A stretch of DNA of 64,000 bases, taken from Octopus sinensis. Lineage: Eukaryota. The notes beneath the pieces are model-generated. The model saw only the letters and a program-made list of their open reading frames with translations. It had not been told where the DNA came from and did no database searches. Location: NCBI RefSeq assembly GCF_006345805.1, contig NC_043000.1, positions 143,964,001 to 144,028,000 of the forward strand. The letters are read 5' to 3'. This document shows, in pieces, positions 57,031-64,000 of the stretch; positions within the stretch are counted from its first letter, which is position 1, and every line of letters starts with the position of its first letter. The position numbers were made by a program, and so were the translations under genes.

Positions 57031-57440
57031 CAGTAGTTTTATTTTTATAGCGTGCTTTCACTTCACTACCGAGCGCAGCTCTGTGTTTCTTGGTTATGTG
57101 CTGTGGTTTGTTGTGATGCTCTGATGGTTATTGTATGGAAAGTGTTCTGCGTAGGATGTGTGCAGTGCCTAGTAGTGCAATTTTCTGTATGTTATATGTG
57201 TTTGTAAGTCATGGTGTTTTTGTTATGTATTTGTCTGAATATTTTTTATCATGCCTCATGCACCTACTATGATAGGAATTGTTTCTGTTTTCAGATTCCA
57301 CATTCTAGTTACCGCTATTTCCATGTCTTTGTATTTTGAGAGTTTCTCCATTTCTTTTAGAGGACGTTGTCATCTGCCGGTATTGATACATCAATTAGAA
57401 AGCATTTTTTTTCTTCATGATCTCTGACAACTATATCTGC
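57031..57440 (-). mobile_element. 5'-truncated R4/Dong-clade non-LTR retrotransposon (RLE domain plus 3' UTR) in (TAA)n
   Basis: Minus strand (with frameshifts) reads DIVVRDHEEKKCFLIDVSIP...KEMEKLSKYKDMEIAVTRMWNLKTETIPIIVGA...IQKIALLGTAHILRRTLSIQ*. (TAA)n on both sides. Confidence 0.9.
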
Positions 57441-57498
<58 letters not shown>

Positions 57499-57503
<5 letters not shown>

Positions 57504-57790
57504 TGTTTGTTGTTGCTATTATTATGATTAAGACGCTGTCGGAATCGTTAGCACGCCGGGTGAAATATGTAGCGGTATTTTGTCTGTCGCTACTTTCTGA
57601 GTTCAAATTCCGCCGAGGTCGACTTTGCCTTTCATCCTTTTGGTGTCGATGAAATAAATAGCATTTACGCATTGTGGTTGTTGTAATTGACTAGTCACCT
57701 TACCCACCAGAGTTTTCAAAGCACTGTGCCTGAAGAAGAAATAATAATAGTAATAATAATGATTATTATTATGATTATTACGTTTATTAA

Positions 57791-57853
<63 letters not shown>

Positions 57854-58140
57854 TGTTTGTTGTTGCTATTATTATGATTAAGACGCTGTCGGAATCGTTA
57901 GCACGCCGGGTGAAATATGTAGCGGTATTTTGTCTGTCGCTACTTTCTGAGTTCAAATTCCGCCGAGGTCGACTTTGCCTTTCATCCTTTTGGTGTCGAT
58001 GAAATAAATAGCATTTACGCATTGTGGTTGTTGTAATTGACTAGTCACCTTACCCACCAGAGTTTTCAAAGCACTGTGCCTGAAGAAGAAGTAATAATAG
58101 TAATAATAATGATTATTATTATGATTATTACGTTTATTAA

Positions 58141-58180
<40 letters not shown>
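57499..58180. repeat. 350-bp tandem duplication of a SINE A plus flanks, bounded by (ATT)n
   Basis: 57499 onward is repeated at 57849, nearly identical. Confidence 0.95.
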
Positions 58181-58182
58181 GC

Positions 58183-58238
<56 letters not shown>

Positions 58239-58477
58239 GTTGTTGTGATAGTTGTTACTGTTCCTCGCCATCATTTATATAAACTCCTCTTTCCACTCTC
58301 GTAGTTTTCACATTTCTTTAGGCCTACTTGACTCCAGATCCAGGAAAGCTGTCATCCAGGACATTACATTAGTGAGCACGTCGTATTTTCTTAGGAAACA
58401 TCACTGCCACCACAATCACCGCCGTAGTTGCTGCTGCTACTGCTGTTGTTGTTGTTATTGTTGTTGTTGTTGTCGCT

Positions 58478-58668
58478 AAGCAACAATACGGGTAAAGGTT
58501 ATTAGGTGATGATCTAGGGCTTAGGGGCGGGAGACCGCAGACCTTGGAAAAAAAAAAAACTTTGGTCGTCTTGAAGTCGAGGGCTCTTCGTTGACCCCCG
58601 ACACCACTGGAAGGTGGCCCTCGAAGTCGCTGGAAAGAGAGATCTACAAGTCCAAATTCTTGAACGGC
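58478..58668. repeat. Unclassified ~180-bp dispersed repeat, copy 2
   Basis: Aligns with 53301-53477 and carries a ~15-bp insertion. Confidence 0.8.
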
Positions 58669-59424
58669 AGCTGCTGCTACTGTTTCTACTACTACTACTA
58701 CTACTATACTACTACTACTACTACTTACCTACCTCACTAACTAACTAAGTAACTAGTTAACTAATTAAATTAATTAACTAATATATGACTTTCTGATTGT
58801 CAAGGTGTTCGTGTGTTCGCCTGTAACACTTTCAACAACATTAATTTTGCTACTAAGTTGAAGTTATTAATATCTTTCATATAGCGAAATAGTGTTCTAA
58901 ACCACTTTAATTTTCTCCATCAATATCCTACTACTATCAATTTATCCATCTATATCTGTTTGCTTGTCTGTCAGTTAATCCATAAAACTGTGTGTATGGG
59001 TGTGTGTGTATTTGTGTCAGTATGTATGTATGTATGCATAAATAAGTTTCTGGAAATTGTGGATAAACCCCAGGGTGATAGTCCTTCAAAAATAGGCCAA
59101 ACGGGTGATGCTTTCTGATGCTCAGATTTTATCTGCGAATATCGTTAATATTCTGCTCCATTCAACAGAAAGCTCAAAGGTAAGAATCACTGTTAAATTT
59201 GACAAGACTTCAAGCTGTCTGCAAGCGCCTGGTAAAGTTTCTGTAGAACAGGCTTTAAGTCATGAGCTCTGGTTAACTCAGGACTACAGTTTCACCTAAA
59301 ACATAGGCACTTAAAAGTAGACATATATGAGAAAATAAAAAGAAATCACACCTATATACAGATCAAGAATCTGTCGAGACTTCAAATCCTCAACAAATGT
59401 CCATACATCATCAGCCACATATTG

Positions 59425-59937
59425 GGTCCAGCAGCAGCTACCTAAAGCCGATACACCTTTGATTACGACATTGGCCTATAATAAAAGGTGGAGTTGATGC
59501 AGGCGGTCGTAAACTTTTCTCTCTATTCCTGTATAACCAAATTCCTAGTAAACCAAATTGCAAACTTAAGCGCATCGTCAACGTCGTACCAGACAACCGT
59601 TAGCTAACAAAAACTTGCCTTTTTACGAGATGAAGTGCAAGCTTACTACCTAGGTCGGTGGTCCAGCAGCGGTTACCTAAAGCCGATAGACCCTTGATTA
59701 CATTGGCCTATAATAAATAGTGAAGTTGATGCAGGCGGTCGTAAATTTTTCTCCTCTATTCCTGTATAAAAATGTTCACCAGGCTCATAATTTAGTTACA
59801 TTTACTATTCATCTAGGGTTTCCAACTAGTCAAAATCGCAAACTTAAGCGCATCGGACACCTAATACGAGACAACCGTTAGCTGGCAAAAACTTGCCTTT
59901 TTACGTGATGAAATGCAAGTCTACTACCTTGGTCGGT
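59425..59937. repeat. Diverged tandem pair (235 bp + 278 bp)
   Basis: Both units start ggtccagcagc and end tactacct.ggtcggt. Confidence 0.9.
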
Positions 59938-60775
59938 TTGATTTTAACCCAAGGTATAGTCTCGTGCTTCTTTAGAACAGTACTACGAATTCTGTATGAT
60001 AACATAACAATGACATATTTTCTGTGAGTCATTATTGCACTTTTGTATTCTAGTTTGAACGAGAGACCTCTAAATTCTGTAACACAGGTTTCTGAATTAG
60101 TACATTGAGAGAGATGAACAACAGAAAAATAAATCACATGCTCACCCCTGACATAGTGAGTATGCTATTTCAAATTGTTTTAAAGTATAGTAATTTAATT
60201 TTTCCTTTGAATAGATGTCGGTGTTATACAAAAGCAGTGTGGCCTCAGGTAATGGGACCAAAGCCAGCTGAATTGAGGGTTACGGCGAATTAGTGATGGT
60301 CAGCTCTGGTATTAATGCATTCTTACACATGTTGATAGTGAAAATAGTCGTTTTCATAAGTTAGAATTTTATTTTGAGCAGAAGAACAAATGCCCAAAGA
60401 AATGAATTCAGAAAGTAAACAGACACAGCTTAATAAACTAAGATGATTTGCCGGCCTTTCGCTACAAACCAGTAATAATTCCTCAAGATTTCAAACACTG
60501 GAATCACTTTATGCACTTGTTGAGATGGTCTACGGTCCGTTAACTAAAACCCATTACTTTACATACATTATTTTATTGACAGCTGCAGGATCAGATATAC
60601 ATGAATGATATCAACATATCATATTGATTACGATGATAATGCTTAACACCGATGATGAAAATAGTTCTATTGACACTCCAGATTTTAGCACTAGTAAAAC
60701 AACTGTTACTTTTAATGCTGTGTCTGCTTTTAATGCCGCTGATGATGATGATGATGATGATGATGATGGTGATGG

Positions 60776-60869
<94 letters not shown>

Positions 60870-61044
60870 GGTGATGATGATGACGATGATGTCGATGATG
60901 AAGATAGGGTATGAAAGATGTAATGATTATCATACTATTCTTAAAGATTTACTAGTCTGTTGCTAGTTACGCTTGGCAGCCGAGAGTGCTATCGTTGATG
61001 TTCAGAGCAGTGTCATTGTCAGTATTGATATTGATGAGATCGAT

Positions 61045-61428
61045 CATAAAGAGAGCTGGCTGAATCATGACCACGCCAAACAAAACGCTTAGCGGCATTT
61101 AGTCCGTCTTTACATTCTGAGTTGACGCCATGGTTGACTTTGCTTTTATCCTTTCGGGGTTGAGGAATTTCTTCTTGATATGCACTGGGGTGGAAGTAAT
61201 CGACTAGCCACATTCTTCCACTTTTCAAGCCTTCCGCCTATTGTAGGACACTGGATAAAATGGTTAGTGGCGTTTCACCCGTTGCACTGTTCCGAGTTCA
61301 AATTCCGTCAAGGACGACTTTGCATTTCATCCTTTCGGGCTCGATGAATTAAGTACCACTGAAACACTGAGGTCGATGTAATCGACTGGTCCCTCCCACC
61401 AAATTTAAGGCCTTGTGCCTTTACTAGA

Positions 61429-61432
<4 letters not shown>
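61045..61432 (+). mobile_element. Two degenerate SINE A (beta) copies ending in (ATT)n
   Basis: gactttgc..tcatcctttcggg motifs near 61138 and 61316. Confidence 0.8.
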
Positions 61433-61459
<27 letters not shown>

Positions 61460-62013
61460 GAGTGAGCGAGCAGAGCATGCCATCAAAGTGACACTGGGGT
61501 AAAATATACGAAGCCCAGTATACCCATCATAACTACCCGTCTGATAAGGGTACACCAGGCACATGCATCACAACCATATGTGCGCGACATGGTGATCTCA
61601 TATCAAGATAAACAGCACATGACCTTGCAGGTGGGGCCCAGTTAGAATTTTCTTCAGATCGAGTAACCCATTCCGCTCAAAAGGTCCCTGAATAAGGGTT
61701 GTTTAAGGACGTTGAACGAAACACCCATGTTTCCAGAGGTGAATTATTCAAACCCCAAAGAATCCTTCTCAACACATGGCTATGATGCTCCCCCACTACT
61801 TCTGCTCGTGATCAGAGATGCACATATCGTCAGCCACTAAGGGACATGCTCAACTGGCTAAGGTCAAACAACTGACAAGCAAATCTGTGGTATTGAGCAG
61901 AATATTTGCTGTAGCCCATCTTTTATACCAAGACAAAACAATGTACATGATAACACTTCCAATCAGTTAAGATCAGAAGCCATGAGAGCCACTGCCTGGT
62001 ACTGCATCCGGGC

Positions 62014-62015
<2 letters not shown>
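61460..62015 (-). mobile_element. Unclassified 556-bp non-coding insert within (TAA)n (strand inferred)
   Basis: Sharp boundaries against (ATT)n on both sides, complex GC-balanced sequence, no long ORF. Confidence 0.55.
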
Positions 62016-62052
<37 letters not shown>

Positions 62053-62053
62053 A

Positions 62054-62283
62054 AGGCGGCGAGCTGGCAGAAACGTTAGCACACCGGACGAAATGCGTAG
62101 CCGTATTTCGTCTGCCGTTACGTTCTGGGTTCAAATTCCGCCGAGGTCAACTTTGCCTTTCATCGTTTCGGGGTCAATAAATTAAGTACCAGTTATGCAC
62201 TGGGGTCGATGTGATGGATTTAATCCGTTTGTCTCTCCTTGTTTGTCCCCTCTGTGTTTAGCCCCTTGTGGGCAGTAAAGAAA
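62054..62283 (+). mobile_element. SINE A, alpha tail, in (ATT)n
   Basis: Full head aggcggcgagctggcagaaacgttagc. Confidence 0.9.
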
Positions 62284-62345
62284 TTTATTATCATTATCAT
62301 TATTATTATCATTATTATTTTTTTATTATTATTATTATCATCATT

Positions 62346-62394
<49 letters not shown>

Positions 62395-62437
62395 TATTAT
62401 TATTATTATTATTATTATTATCATTATTATTATTATT

Positions 62438-62590
62438 CCATCGTAATACAGTGTAGGTAAATATGCACCGGAGTCTTTAAAAACAACAAGGAACTCAGAC
62501 AGATAACACTTTCATTAAGATGTGTGCTGTGCCCAATAACACTGCTTTTTGCAAAACATTAAACTTGCATGGGATTTCCTGTTGCCTTAA
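62438..62590 (-). mobile_element. 3' end of a second R4/Dong-like subfamily
   Basis: Minus strand reads NVLQKAVLLGTAHILMKVLSV*, then a short UTR, then (TAA)n. Confidence 0.75.
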
Positions 62591-63464
62591 GAAGACTTGA
62601 AGCTTCTATATCATGTTTTTCCATCTCTGCACTGCCATCTGTTGATATCCGCATTAACTCTTCGTACACGGACTTCATTCCTTCGTTTAACATTGTGGTT
62701 ACCAATATACTGAGACGAAATTATTTTGAAGATTGCTGTTTCGATTTGATGTTTCTGAAATTCAAGTTCGAAAGAGATGCATCGTGTTTAATGATATTTG
62801 TGTGTATTGCTCTCTTTCAACTATAAACTAATAATCGTACACTGTTATGGTTGAAAATAGATTTTGAAATGTTCTGGACATTGGGAATGAAGTTCGCATT
62901 GGTCGTGAAGATTAGGGTATATTTTTTGACCGTAGTTGGACAAGTAATAATTTGTTGCATGATAACATCGAGATAAGCTTTCGAATCAATTCTGCTCAGT
63001 TTCTTTTTTAATCTCCGTGTGGGATATAGATCCCAGGCAAGCTGAAAATGGAAAAACTATACTCCTTTTTTAAAAGTACATCGGACTATGCTTTGGACTC
63101 TGTGTTTGACTTATGAATGAGAAAGCATTTCTGAAGTAAACTTCGAGGTTAGCCACATCAAAGGGACGGAGGGTAATGTATATGAACAAACAGAGGTTGA
63201 TCATGTATTACTAGTGTATCGCAGTGGGGAAAATAGGACATTTACCGTCAGATCTTTACAGACGTAAAGCGCTACTCATCCTTATTTCTGAATTCTGTAC
63301 AGAGTTCTATTATAGTAAACACTATGACATATGTACTTCTGTATCCAATATGTCAGTGGTCAGGTATCTTTCACTTAACGCTACATATATTGTCTTTATC
63401 TGCGTATAAGTTCTCTAGGGTATGATGCTTTCGTTCGATTTGTAAAGTGTGAAAGACCTTGGCA

Positions 63465-63520
63465 TACCCCACTGAAAATGACAAAGCAACTATACTCTGG
63501 GATATATGCCAACACACACA
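63465..63520 (+). mobile_element. Small R4-like RLE fragment
   Basis: Reads PTENDKATILWD, resembling the EN..KILWD motif that precedes RPDIVV. Confidence 0.45.
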
Positions 63521-63906
63521 AAGAGTACGACAAAAAACAAACCTAAACAATGATAGTTAGGTTTGGTTTTTGTTACGTTGACTGACATTCCTGTTTTGCA
63601 AGATTGACAATTGTTTCGCTGGCTAGTAAGCTAGTAATGGGATTAGAATCATCTTAATCTCTTGAACATGACTATAGTTTTGAGGGAGCATGTGGAGAGA
63701 GAATAAGTTTAGAATGGGTATATAAGCCGATTCAGTACTCAATGACTGATGATGCATATTTCTGCACTGTTACCTTTGGAAGAGAAGCGCTTTTAGCTTT
63801 CGAAGAGATGCACAGCAATTTTACCAGACTGATTCGGAAGAGTAGAGGAAATTAACGAAAAACTTACTCGCATCAATTTAGCCAATGTCTTACATTTATA
63901 GCCATT

Positions 63907-64000
63907 TACAAGGGGTGTTCAATAAATAATGCCCCTGACCCACTTCCCATAGCAGTAGAGCAACGAAACTTGGCACAGGTATTAGTCTATTACAGCATAG
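63907..64000 (+). mobile_element. Probable left TIR of a mariner/Tc1 element running off the window
   Basis: TA-caaggggtgttcaataaataat resembles mariner termini. Confidence 0.5.

Larger units (their letters stand above)
48915..58740. repeat. Degenerate trinucleotide satellite domain (GCT/ACT/GTT/GAT/ATT) with embedded SINEs
   Basis: Direct reading. ORFs here are poly-L/A/T/Y artefacts. Confidence 0.9.

Noticed and set aside
60105-60293. Possible small exons (gtgagt donor ~60145, ttgaatag acceptor ~60200)
   Set aside because: The implied intron is only ~59 bp and the spliced peptide is short and unrecognisable. It needs RNA-seq support.
7406-62283. tRNA genes at SINE heads
   Set aside because: A/B-box-like heads continue into SINE bodies with TSDs, and no complete cloverleaf is evident.
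62850-63060. Possible Tc1-like transposase relic on the minus strand (IDSKAYLDVI)
   Set aside because: No DDE motifs or TIRs could be identified.

Overview
Eukaryotic, AT-rich, repeat-dense window with no recognisable host protein-coding gene. Almost all track ORFs are microsatellite translations. The repeat repertoire resembles a coleoid cephalopod (Octopus-like) genome; this is inference from recalled families, not a database hit. Contents: four to five tRNA-derived SINE families, three with clear TSDs or modular structure; mariner/Tc1 and piggyBac-type non-autonomous elements; RTE and R4/Dong (RLE-type) LINE relics; Penelope-like/hammerhead-type termini in (TA)n; a 100-N scaffold gap; and 1 kb, 350 bp and ~235 bp tandem duplications. 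Dinucleotide/tetranucleotide microsatellites dominate 1-48 kb, and trinucleotide repeats dominate ~49-62 kb. Best leads: a near-canonical minimal type I hammerhead ribozyme at 19403-19480 inside a (TA)n-bounded 320-bp segment, further hammerhead relics, microsatellite-targeted retroelements in (TAA)n/(AAC)n, and modular, dimeric SINEs with family-specific TSD lengths.
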